From Candidatus Iainarchaeum sp. (GTDB lineage: Archaea; Iainarchaeota; Iainarchaeia; Iainarchaeales; UBA10219): a stretch of DNA of 64,000 bases. Numbering within the stretch: the first letter of the stretch is position 1; each line of letters opens with the position of its first letter. Below the pieces are notes generated by a model that was not told where the DNA came from, did not search any database, and worked only from the letters and a program-made list of their open reading frames with translations. Made by a program: the position numbers and the translations under genes. The stretch is taken from contig JAGVWE010000007.1 in NCBI GenBank assembly GCA_018304425.1, positions 1 through 64,000 of the forward strand. Reading direction: 5' to 3'. Below, in pieces: positions 46,897 to 55,517 of this stretch.

Positions 46897-48272
46897 CAGC
46901 CGAATGTTTCTTCAAGATCCTTCAAGTCATAGAGGTCGGCGTTTTTTTCGTCGATCTTTTTTTCCTTGAATGATTTCGCGAATAGGCAATACCGTTCCGT
47001 TCTGTGCTCTTTGAACCAGCTTACTTTTTCCGCTTTTTGTTTGAGTTTTCGCAGCAGGCTCTCGGCATCGACTTTTTCTTTCCACTTGCATTCGCAGAAG
47101 AGTGCGCTTTTTTTTGCCTTGCTAAGGCCCACGATGTCTATTTCTTCGCCTTTATCCCACCAGCTGCCGATGAGGTAGTCCTTGAAGGCGGCATTTTTGG
47201 ACAGCCGGTCTCGGCACACCTCTTCGAACCCTTTGCCGATGAAGGCGTTCAGTTCGGGCTCTATTTTCTCGTTTAAGAGGTTTTTCTGCTTGCGTTGTTC
47301 TACGTAATCCATGTTTTCAAACACGAAGCGGAACCAGAAGCGGAAGAAAGGGTCTTTCAGTTTGTAGATGCCTTTCCTCGATTTTTCCTTTCGCTCAGTA
47401 ATGGGCACGGCACGCTCGACGAGGTCAAGGTCAATCAATACGCCAAGGTATTTGTTTACGGTGCCTTTTTCCAGGCCCGTGTCGTTGACGATGCGCCCGA
47501 TGCCGGTGTTGCCCTTTGCGATGGCGGCCACGATGGAAAAATAGTTTCTCGGCTCGTCCAGTTCCTCCCGCAGCACGAACATCGGGTCCCGGAACAGGAA
47601 GGACTGCTTTTCCAGGATTTTTTCCCCGATATTGGAAACCAGCGTTTTCGTGTAATCAAATTCAAGCAGGTAGGCAGGGGTGCCACCGAGCACCGCGTAG
47701 TAACTGATTTGTTTTTTGATGTCCATCGTTTTCGGGAAGAAATGGCGGGCTTCGCTGAAATCAAGGGGGTCAAGCTTCATTTGATGTGTTCGCCTCCCGT
47801 AGAGGGGACTCTTATAGCCGAGGAGTTTTTCCATCATGGAGACGCTGGAGCCGCATAAGACGAAGAGGCAGGGCATGTGTTGGAGTGCCTTATCCCAGTG
47901 GTCTTGCAGAATGGAGGGCAGCGAGGGGTTAGCTTGTACGAAGTAAGGGAACTCGTCCAGGAATACGGCGAACGGTTTTTGCTTCAGTTTTTCGGCGAAG
48001 TAGGAGAAAACGGAGTCGAAGTTGCCAAAGGGCCTTGAATTCAGTTGTTCATCGTTGAAAAACTCGGCGCAGGCCCTGCTGATATGCTCCAATTGCTTGT
48101 GTTCGGATTCCTGCCGGCCCAGCAGGTAAACAGCGGGATGATTTTTTGTGAATTCCCTTAGTAACTCGGTTTTGCCGATTCTACGTCTGCCGTATACTAC
48201 GGCTAGCACTGGCTTTTTTGCCGACCAAAGCGTTTCAAGCAACTGTAGTTCCTTCACCCGGTTGTAAAACAT
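46896..48272 (-). CDS. Archaeal AAA ATPase with wHTH and C-terminal DUF234/PD-(D/E)XK domain
   Basis: FYNRVKEL, YGRRRIGKT, DEFP, GGTPAYL, EIDIV...ECKW. Confidence 0.9.
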   Translation of the reverse strand: MFYNRVKELQLLETLWSAKKPVLAVVYGRRRIGKTELLREFTKNHPAVYLLGRQESEHKQLEHISRACAEFFNDEQLNSRPFGNFDSVFSYFAEKLKQKPFAVFLDEFPYFVQANPSLPSILQDHWDKALQHMPCLFVLCGSSVSMMEKLLGYKSPLYGRRTHQMKLDPLDFSEARHFFPKTMDIKKQISYYAVLGGTPAYLLEFDYTKTLVSNIGEKILEKQSFLFRDPMFVLREELDEPRNYFSIVAAIAKGNTGIGRIVNDTGLEKGTVNKYLGVLIDLDLVERAVPITERKEKSRKGIYKLKDPFFRFWFRFVFENMDYVEQRKQKNLLNEKIEPELNAFIGKGFEEVCRDRLSKNAAFKDYLIGSWWDKGEEIDIVGLSKAKKSALFCECKWKEKVDAESLLRKLKQKAEKVSWFKEHRTERYCLFAKSFKEKKIDEKNADLYDLKDLEETFG

Positions 48273-48315
48273 AGTAAACTCTAAAGTATACTACTTATGA
48301 GAATACTATTTAAAC

Positions 48316-51300
48316 CTATGGTTTGGCCGCCCGTCGCACGCGCAGGAAGATGCCTGCCGCGATCAGGGCCGCGAGCGCCATCGTGATTTCGTCGTACTCG
48401 GGGATGACGTTGAGGGTGTTGGGGCTGCAGGCGTTGGTTTTGGTGAACCCGTCGTCGGCTTCGACGCGGAGGTAGTAGTTGCCTATCGTTACGTCGCAGG
48501 TCCAGGAATAGAGGCAGCTGGTGTCATCCGGGTTGCAGGCCGCCGTGGTCTGGCTGATGTTGCCGATGATGAGGTTGGTGTTGTTGGCGCAGGTGCTGGC
48601 GTCCGTGCCGTAATAAATGCTGAAGTTGACGTCGTCGAGGTCGGCATCGTCGGCTGTCCATGTAATGTCGTAGGGGGTTGGAACGGTGCAGCTCTGCCCG
48701 CTGCCCGTGGGCGCCACGCTGCTCACGGCCGGCGCATCGTTGGCGCTGATGAGGACGCTGCCGGACTGCTGCTTGATTTGCTTCTTGTTGAGGACACTGT
48801 TCCAGATGAAGACTGAGTCTAAGTCTATATGTGCAAAACCAAGATTATCTAATCTTTGCCCAAATATGATTTTTTGGTCTTCATCACTCATCGTGGTATT
48901 ACCCGAACTGGCCCTAAGAACGCCATTAACATACAATCTTCCGCCAACAGTAGTATTCGCCGTCCCTGCGACATGTATCCAGGTATTTTGAGGGAGTGTA
49001 TCTACTGCAGTCAACAAGTTAGCGGTGCCCGACGCACCATATACTAAAACAATATCCTGAGGGAAAGCATCAGCAGCGGTTCTAAAATCGAAAGGTGCAG
49101 GAAAGTTATTATTCGTTGATCCATTTTTTTCGACCATGGGATTATATACTGCAGATTGTGCTCTTACCCAATATGCTACAGTAAATGCCGTGCTAAGACT
49201 AGAAGTCAAATCTGCAATCTCGACTTTGTCATCTACCCCATCAAATTTCAAGTCAGTGTATTCAGCCGGTGTCATAGGGGTGTTCGTGTCCCATCTCGGG
49301 CCGGAAAGCAGTTCCCCATGCTTGTTGCCAGACGTTGCATCCCAGGCCCGGATGGCGTTGCTGTCGTCTTTGTTGAAGTTCCACGCGCTGACCAGCCCGC
49401 TTTCCGTGCCCATTAGTTGTTTGGGCGTGCTGTCTTGTCCAATGTTCTTGGCTTTGTCGTAGACGTTGACGTCGATGAAGTAGTTTTGGTCTGCGAGGCC
49501 AGCGGGGTTCCAGTCGTAGAAGCATAGCACGTTCTGGTCGAAGAAGTAACGGGGTTCGCTGGCGTAACTGGTTCCGCCGGGCGCACTGCAGTTGGCGTCG
49601 TTGGTGGGGTTGCGGGCGAGTTGGGCGAGGTTGACGTCGGCAGCGAATTTGCCTGACGTGTTGAAGTCGGCCGCGTAGAGGCTCGCGTAGAGGCTTGCAT
49701 AGAGTTCGTCTTCTTCGCGGAAGTTGCCACTAGCTGGGAGGGGAGCGTAGGAAGTGTCTCTCACCGTGAACTTGACGAGGATGTTGCCGTCCGTTTTCTG
49801 GTAGTGCGAGCCGCCTTCCGGCCAAAGCAGGTTGGCGTCCGGTCCGTTCGTGGTATGCGTGCCACAGTAGTTGTTGCAGCGGTTTATGTAGCCGCTTTCT
49901 TGGTGGATGAAACAGGTGTTGCCGCCCGAGCATTGCCCGGAAGCAGTGCAGGCCGGGTTGCAGCCCCATTGGTTGATGAAGTCCGTGGGCCAGGCGGACG
50001 TGATGTTGGCGGTGGTGGCCGCAATGTTGAAGTCGATGTCAGCATAGTAGGTGGCTACGCCTAATGTGCCGGTACTGATATTGCAGGGCGCGAACAGGAG
50101 GTTGAAGTCGTACTCGGTGCCGCCCGTGTAGCTGCCGGCACAGGTGATGTTCGCGGTGTTGTCGGGGGCGCTCGAATAGGTGCGTGAACAGCCGGTGGGT
50201 AGCAGGGGCGCGCTGACGAGGGCAAACGTTTTGTAGGGGATGTCGGGGGAGTCAATTAGGGGGTCGTTGCAGGTGTAACCGACTTGTTGGGGCGCCGGTA
50301 CGAGGGGCGTGGCATGGTTGCCGCGTATGGGGGTGAGGAGCGATGTCGCATAGTGGGGCTCGATTTTGAAGCCTAGGTTGCCGCTGACATTGGGCATGAC
50401 TTTGAGTCTCACGAGGTATTGGTGGGTGTTGGTGTCCGTGGTTGTCAGGTTGAAGGTGAAGTTGGAGTCGGGACTGCAGGCCATGTTGTTGCCGTCTCCG
50501 GCGCGGCCCACGAGGTCGCTGGGGCAGGTGGCGGGCGCGTTGGCGCCGTTGAGGTCAATGCTCGCGTAGAGGACGGCCGCGTTCCAGTCATCAATCCAGT
50601 CCATGGGGTACATGCGCCACGCGCCTCCCGAGGTCCCGCCGTCGGCTGAAAGGTTGAGGTCTTCGGCCTGGATGTCGGTTGTTCTGGGATGGTTTGCCCA
50701 GCGGCAGGGTTTGACGGTGATTCTTCCAGCGTACGGGGTGCCGCCGGCCAAAGTAGTAGTGGCGTTGCCGTCGTCTCCAACGTAATTGGTGTCGGTGAGC
50801 GTCCAGTGGGGGTTGCGGAGGCCGGCCGTGTTGCCCGTGGTTCCAAACCAGCCGTTGGGGCTGAGGGGGCTGTCAATGAAGTCAACGATTTCCCAGCGGG
50901 GAAGGTTGAGGTCGATGGGCTCCCACAGTGCCCCCCCGAGTATGGGGTCTGAGAAGCATTTGTTGCCCGCGAAGGCGGTGGAATTGTTTGGTACGTAGCT
51001 AATGGGTTTGCCTTGTCTTACGCCTGCGTCCACGTTGTGGTCGCCGTACGGCGAATCCCATTTTCCGACGGCGCCCGCCGAATAGCGCAAGCCAAAGTTG
51101 TTGTCGATGCTGCGGTGGATGTTGCTCATGATGTTGTAGTCGATGACGTAATTGGTGTCCAGGATGAAGGCCGTGTCGGGCGTGCAGTAGGGGAGTTCCC
51201 CGTTGGTGTCGATTTCGCCGTTATTGGCGTTTCCGGCGTACACCATGCCTCCCATGCTGGTGTGGCTGACGAGGGAGCGGGTGCCGTTCTCGACTTTGAC

Positions 51301-52128
51301 GCAGTTGATGTTGTTGCCGGTCAATTCGAGTCCATGGTAGATGGCGTTCACGTTCCAGTCATCGATGAAGTCCAGGGTGTAGGGTTGGGCACCGCAGTTG
51401 CCGAGGTTGCTCTGGTCGTAAAAACGCACGTCCAGGCGCTGGGGGTGGTTCACGAACCGGCATGGAATGGCGGTAGTCCATTTCCCCGCGCATCCGATGA
51501 TTCCCCCGGGGCACATCGGGGGCGGGGTGCCACAGGCTGTGCAAGTATTCGGGTTGGGGCAAATCAGTCGTTCGGCGAGGTAGCTGGTGGTGGGGGTCGT
51601 GGAGGTGCAACCGCATCCTTGTCCGGGGGGAACGCAGGCACCGAACGCGGTCTTGGCGCCGCCGATGCAGGCGCCGCCTCCGAGGTTAGCCGTCGTGTTG
51701 ACCGCCCATCGGGGCCCGACTCCGGACTTGTTCTCGTCGTTGATGCATTGCCAGCCGACTTCATAGGCCAAGGTCTTGCTGGGGCCGTTTCCACAACTCC
51801 AGATTGCGTTGAAGCTGGGACATGTTTCGATGCTGATGTTCTCGTCGTAGCTGGGATCAAGCCCCAGGGCTTCGGTCATTTCGAGTTCGAAGGCCCCGGC
51901 CGCGCGTTGGGTTAAGGGTCCAAGGCCTTGGTCTAGGCCGGGGGCATAGGCGTCGATGGGAGTGCAGGAGTCAACTCCTCCCGCCGTCGTCGCACACGGG
52001 GTTCCGGCGCCTCCCGAGTTCGGGCCGCCCCAAGTCAATTCCATGGCGTGTCCGGTGAGGATGGCGGATAGGGCCAGGGCGAGCGCCACCAGCGTCCATC
52101 CGGTCGGCCATCGGATCTGTTTACCCAT
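48316..52128 (-). CDS. Large Cys-rich surface protein with LamG domain and PEF-CTERM-like (IPEY) sorting signal
   Basis: Signal peptide; internal repeats; LamG (GLVSAWNF, FDGVDD, WIHVA, LYVNG); ends VIPEYD-TM-RVRR. Confidence 0.9.
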   Translation of the reverse strand: MGKQIRWPTGWTLVALALALSAILTGHAMELTWGGPNSGGAGTPCATTAGGVDSCTPIDAYAPGLDQGLGPLTQRAAGAFELEMTEALGLDPSYDENISIETCPSFNAIWSCGNGPSKTLAYEVGWQCINDENKSGVGPRWAVNTTANLGGGACIGGAKTAFGACVPPGQGCGCTSTTPTTSYLAERLICPNPNTCTACGTPPPMCPGGIIGCAGKWTTAIPCRFVNHPQRLDVRFYDQSNLGNCGAQPYTLDFIDDWNVNAIYHGLELTGNNINCVKVENGTRSLVSHTSMGGMVYAGNANNGEIDTNGELPYCTPDTAFILDTNYVIDYNIMSNIHRSIDNNFGLRYSAGAVGKWDSPYGDHNVDAGVRQGKPISYVPNNSTAFAGNKCFSDPILGGALWEPIDLNLPRWEIVDFIDSPLSPNGWFGTTGNTAGLRNPHWTLTDTNYVGDDGNATTTLAGGTPYAGRITVKPCRWANHPRTTDIQAEDLNLSADGGTSGGAWRMYPMDWIDDWNAAVLYASIDLNGANAPATCPSDLVGRAGDGNNMACSPDSNFTFNLTTTDTNTHQYLVRLKVMPNVSGNLGFKIEPHYATSLLTPIRGNHATPLVPAPQQVGYTCNDPLIDSPDIPYKTFALVSAPLLPTGCSRTYSSAPDNTANITCAGSYTGGTEYDFNLLFAPCNISTGTLGVATYYADIDFNIAATTANITSAWPTDFINQWGCNPACTASGQCSGGNTCFIHQESGYINRCNNYCGTHTTNGPDANLLWPEGGSHYQKTDGNILVKFTVRDTSYAPLPASGNFREEDELYASLYASLYAADFNTSGKFAADVNLAQLARNPTNDANCSAPGGTSYASEPRYFFDQNVLCFYDWNPAGLADQNYFIDVNVYDKAKNIGQDSTPKQLMGTESGLVSAWNFNKDDSNAIRAWDATSGNKHGELLSGPRWDTNTPMTPAEYTDLKFDGVDDKVEIADLTSSLSTAFTVAYWVRAQSAVYNPMVEKNGSTNNNFPAPFDFRTAADAFPQDIVLVYGASGTANLLTAVDTLPQNTWIHVAGTANTTVGGRLYVNGVLRASSGNTTMSDEDQKIIFGQRLDNLGFAHIDLDSVFIWNSVLNKKQIKQQSGSVLISANDAPAVSSVAPTGSGQSCTVPTPYDITWTADDADLDDVNFSIYYGTDASTCANNTNLIIGNISQTTAACNPDDTSCLYSWTCDVTIGNYYLRVEADDGFTKTNACSPNTLNVIPEYDEITMALAALIAAGIFLRVRRAAKP

Positions 52129-52236
52129 CCATTCCCCTCAATTCAACCCCTATACTAATAGTGTTTGTCTAATATAATACGGATAGGATTAAATTGTTTG
52201 CCTTTAAAAGCATTTCCGGCACCCAATGGTTTCAGG

Positions 52237-52309
52237 GGGCGTGTAGTCTAGTCTGGTAGGATACCAGCTTTGGGAGCTGGCGACCTCGGTTCAAATCCGG
52301 GCACGCCCA
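52237..52309 (+). tRNA. tRNA-Pro(TGG)
   Basis: Cloverleaf; CCAGC-TTTGGGA-GCTGG; TTTAAAA box upstream. Confidence 0.95.
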
Positions 52310-52418
52310 TCCTTTTAAAGCCGCTTTTTTTCTTGGCTGGGCTGGGGGAGCCGCTTCTAGTGCCAAGCCTGCTTTGTCTATCAGGGCAGGGCCTGCACGA
52401 AGATTATTATGCCTGGTG

Positions 52419-53624
52419 TTAAAACCGGATGGCGGGTTCTTTTTCCGTGAGCCATTCTTGGAGGTTCTTGTTTTCTATTTCGATGTTTTCTTCGGTGCTT
52501 TTGCTTGTCTTTCCGGGGTAGAGGATGGTTGCTTTCAGGGCCTTGTTTTTTTTGCAGAATTCCATCAGGCCTTCCTTTTCCCTTTTTGGCAGGTTTTCGG
52601 AGTAACAAACGTTTATCGGCAACAGGCTCGTTTTTTTCTTTGCGACGAAATCGACTTCCCCGGCGTTTTTCCAGTAATAGGCCTCGAATCCCCGGTGCTT
52701 GAGTTCGATTGCAACTGCTGCCTCGGCAAGCCTGCCCCTGTCTTCGGTGAATGACTTTGAAGCGTATTGCTGCATTCCCAAGTCAAAGGCAAAGACCTTT
52801 CTGGGCTTTGAAAGGGATTCCTTTAGGGAGAACGAAAAGAACGGGACCTGGAAAACCAGGAAGGAGGCTTCCAGGTAACCCAGGAACTGTCTTATCGTGT
52901 CGTACGACAAGCCAAGGGCGACCCGCATTTTTTTCAGGCTTACTTGTTTTCCGGAGTTCGTCAACAGGTAAAACGCAAGGTTTCGTAAAGCCGCAGGGTC
53001 TCTCACGTCATGCCGCGTAATTATGTCTTTAATCAAGGCGAGTTCGAAATAGGACTCCAACAATTTTTCTTTTTTTTCGGGGTGCAAGGCGACTTCAGGG
53101 TAGCCCCCAATCTTGAGGTAGGCGTTAAGGCCTTTCTTGGTTACGCGCTGAAACTCGCTGAAAGAAAAAGGCAGTACTTGAAAACCAATCCCCCTTCCAC
53201 CCAAAGAAGTCGCAAACTCGCTGCTCAAGAGCTTTGCGGAAGAACCCGTGACTATTACCTGGCACTGCCGTGTGTCGACGGCCCTTCGGACCCATTTCTC
53301 CCATCCCTCGACTAATTGCACTTCATCGAAGACAAGGGTGTCTTTCGCCTTCAAGCCGTCTGCAAAAGCGTCCAGTAAATCGGTGTTCAACGAGCCCACA
53401 AGCTTCGGGTCTTCCAGGTTGACGTACCGTGTCAACGTGTTCTCCGGCATTTTTTTCAGAAGCCTTCGGGCGACAACGGATTTCCCTGAACGCCTGGGGC
53501 CATACAAGAAAACGACGTTGCGACTGCCCACGAAGGGCAGTATGTCATCTTCAACGTCTCTTTTGAAGGTAGTCTCTTTGACGGCCCATTTTTCCAGAAG
53601 CTCGCCTAATTCCCTTGAAAGCAT
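52419..53624 (-). CDS. AAA+ ATPase (AAA_14 plus DUF4143-like)
   Basis: GPRRSGKS, DEVQ, TGSS, GGYPE, EVDFV. Confidence 0.9.
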   Translation of the reverse strand: MLSRELGELLEKWAVKETTFKRDVEDDILPFVGSRNVVFLYGPRRSGKSVVARRLLKKMPENTLTRYVNLEDPKLVGSLNTDLLDAFADGLKAKDTLVFDEVQLVEGWEKWVRRAVDTRQCQVIVTGSSAKLLSSEFATSLGGRGIGFQVLPFSFSEFQRVTKKGLNAYLKIGGYPEVALHPEKKEKLLESYFELALIKDIITRHDVRDPAALRNLAFYLLTNSGKQVSLKKMRVALGLSYDTIRQFLGYLEASFLVFQVPFFSFSLKESLSKPRKVFAFDLGMQQYASKSFTEDRGRLAEAAVAIELKHRGFEAYYWKNAGEVDFVAKKKTSLLPINVCYSENLPKREKEGLMEFCKKNKALKATILYPGKTSKSTEENIEIENKNLQEWLTEKEPAIRF

Positions 53625-53653
53625 GAAAAACCGGTGCGCAAACGAATATATAA

Positions 53654-53677
53654 AGGGTTACGTTACAACGTAACCCT
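53654..53677. promoter_or_regulatory. Perfect 11-bp inverted repeat between two TATA-like boxes
   Basis: AGGGTTACGTT-AC-AACGTAACCCT flanked by TATATAAA on both sides, upstream of the ATPase. Confidence 0.65.
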
Positions 53678-53741
53678 ATATAAAGGCTCAAAAAACGCTG
53701 TTGGCGGGTTTAAACCCCCAAACAGGATGTAAGCCGGGCCA

Positions 53742-53910
53742 GGCCTATGCAACGCATAGGCCGTTTCCCCGAAGACTTTGTCTTCGGGGCCTCGTCTCCC
53801 AACAGGGAGACAAGGTCGCAGGCCTTTTGTAAAAAGGCGTGCGAGGCGAAGCCGAGCCAGTTCCATGCCGTGCATGGAACCTTTTCGCAGGCCTTTTGTA
53901 AAAAGGCCTT
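53742..53910 (+). repeat. Train of short palindromes (REP-like) upstream of tRNA-Pro
   Basis: At least six adjacent hairpins; TCGCAGGCCTTTTGTAAAAAGGC occurs twice (53816, 53885). Confidence 0.75.
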
Positions 53911-54033
53911 GGGCGTGTAGTCTAGTCTGGTAGGATACCAGCTTTGGGAAAGCCTTTTTTGCTTGCGCAAAAAACCCTTGGGAAAAGGGCTTCCAGCGTG
54001 CTGGCGACCTCGGTTCAAATCCGGGCACGCCCA
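53911..54033 (+). tRNA. tRNA-Pro(TGG) second copy with 50-nt intron (53949-53998)
   Basis: Exons identical to 52237-52309 except position 38; relaxed BHB motif. Confidence 0.85.
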
Positions 54034-54072
54034 TCATAGTATAGTTCCAATCAGCTTGTCCTTGTGGGTAGC

Positions 54073-55332
54073 TTACCTTTCAAGGAGCCATTTCCAGGCA
54101 GGCGTCACCCTTGTCTTGCCGATTCGGGTTTCTTGGTCATACGTTATGATGATGCCTTTCCTGCCGCCAAATCGTTGGATGGCTTCCTCTAGGCCCCTGG
54201 TTTCGCGTTTCTTGTTTTCTTCGGTGAGCGTGTGGCACACCTGTATGCAGGCATCCTTGGTTAGGAAGTCGCATTCAAATCCGTTCTTGTAATAGTTTAT
54301 TTCAGTGTTGCCACGGCGGAACAATTCCGTGAACACAATGTTTTCCAGTATTCTGCCGGGGTCTTTTTCGGTGTTGTAGTAGTTGATGAAGCCATGGTCG
54401 CAGACATAGGCCTTTTTCAGGTAGGCCGATTCCTTTTTGAAGGATTTTTGTTTTGCATTGACAAAGAAGCAAAAGTATGCGTCTTCAAGGCATTTCGAGT
54501 ATTTCTGTATAACGGAGGTGCTGGATTTGTAGCCACTGCTTTTCGCAAAGTTGTTGAATTTGTTCATTGAGTACTCGGAAGCATATTGCCTCGTGAGGTT
54601 CTTCATGAGCAACCGCATCAGTTCGATGTTCTCTACCTTGAACCGCTCGACGATGTCCTGGAATAGCGTGGTTTTGAAGTATTGGTCGATGAACTCCAGC
54701 TTCTTTTCCAGCACTATTTCCGGGAACCCACTCAGGTGCATGAACTCGTCAAACGCTTTTTTTACGGCTGCTTTGGTTCCATTGAACTCCCAATTCCTGC
54801 CCGGGCGGATGCCCCGTATTCCAAGGAATTCCTTGAATGACAAGGGCATCACTTGAATGGGATAGTCCCGTCCCCTCACGGCAGTGGCGATTTCCTTGCT
54901 TAAAAGCCTCGAATTGGAGCCGGTGACATAAACCCGATAAGCTTCGTCGTTCACGCGCCTGACGAATTTTTCCCAGCCCGCCACATTCTGGATTTCGTCA
55001 AAAAAAAGCAGGGGTCTTTTGTCCGGGTAAAGCTCGCCATAAGCTTCCAGTGCCAGCCCCAGCTGGCTGGCTTTCATTTCCGAAATCCGTTCGTCCTCGA
55101 AATTAAGGTAGAGAAAATCAACCAAATCCAAACCCTTTTTCAGGTGTTCCTGCATGATCTGGTAAAGCATGTAGGTTTTGCCGGCCCTCCTGGGACCAAG
55201 GATTACGAAAACCTTGTTGACCTCCTTGAATTCAGGCACTTCGACGTCTCTCTCGAATGCCTTCGGCAGCCCCCTTGAATGAAAACCCGCAATGGCTTCC
55301 TTGACGGCTTTCTTTATCTCGACATCCAGCAT
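54073..55332 (-). CDS. AAA+ ATPase (AAA_14 plus DUF4143-like)
   Basis: GPRRAGKT, DEIQ, TGSNS, GFPE, ECDFL. Confidence 0.9.
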   Translation of the reverse strand: MLDVEIKKAVKEAIAGFHSRGLPKAFERDVEVPEFKEVNKVFVILGPRRAGKTYMLYQIMQEHLKKGLDLVDFLYLNFEDERISEMKASQLGLALEAYGELYPDKRPLLFFDEIQNVAGWEKFVRRVNDEAYRVYVTGSNSRLLSKEIATAVRGRDYPIQVMPLSFKEFLGIRGIRPGRNWEFNGTKAAVKKAFDEFMHLSGFPEIVLEKKLEFIDQYFKTTLFQDIVERFKVENIELMRLLMKNLTRQYASEYSMNKFNNFAKSSGYKSSTSVIQKYSKCLEDAYFCFFVNAKQKSFKKESAYLKKAYVCDHGFINYYNTEKDPGRILENIVFTELFRRGNTEINYYKNGFECDFLTKDACIQVCHTLTEENKKRETRGLEEAIQRFGGRKGIIITYDQETRIGKTRVTPAWKWLLER

Positions 55333-55455
55333 ACTATACTAGCCCCCCAACAGCTATTTAAATCTTTCTTTTAAAAGAAAGAATTATGGCAAAATTGTTC
55401 TCTTAAAAGAATGCTTTTGCCTGCGGCCATTAGTCTGGCCCGGCAGGCTGCCCCA

Positions 55456-55497
55456 CTTTGGGAGCTGGCGACCTCGGTTCAAATCCGGGCACGCCCA
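55456..55497 (+). repeat. 3' half of tRNA-Pro(TGG), att-like direct repeat
   Basis: 42 bp identical to the 3' end of 52237-52309; 5' half absent except TAGTCTGG at 55431. Confidence 0.9.
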
Positions 55498-55517
55498 TTC
55501 GCCTTCTATTTTCCCTC

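Noticed and set aside
41925-48272. Classical integron with attC sites
   Set aside because: No intI gene and no RYYYAAC...GTTRRRY bottom-strand hairpins recognised between cassettes.
43369-52128. Diversity-generating retroelement (template/variable repeats)
   Set aside because: No reverse transcriptase in the window, and differences among copies are not adenine-specific.
53742-53910. CRISPR array
   Set aside because: Only two copies of a 23-bp unit, no regular spacers and no cas genes.
53663-54037. ORFs overlapping tRNA genes (also 27960-28505, 55458-56435, and the 35260-35334 extension)
   Set aside because: Explained by tRNA or palindrome sequence, or antisense to real genes.
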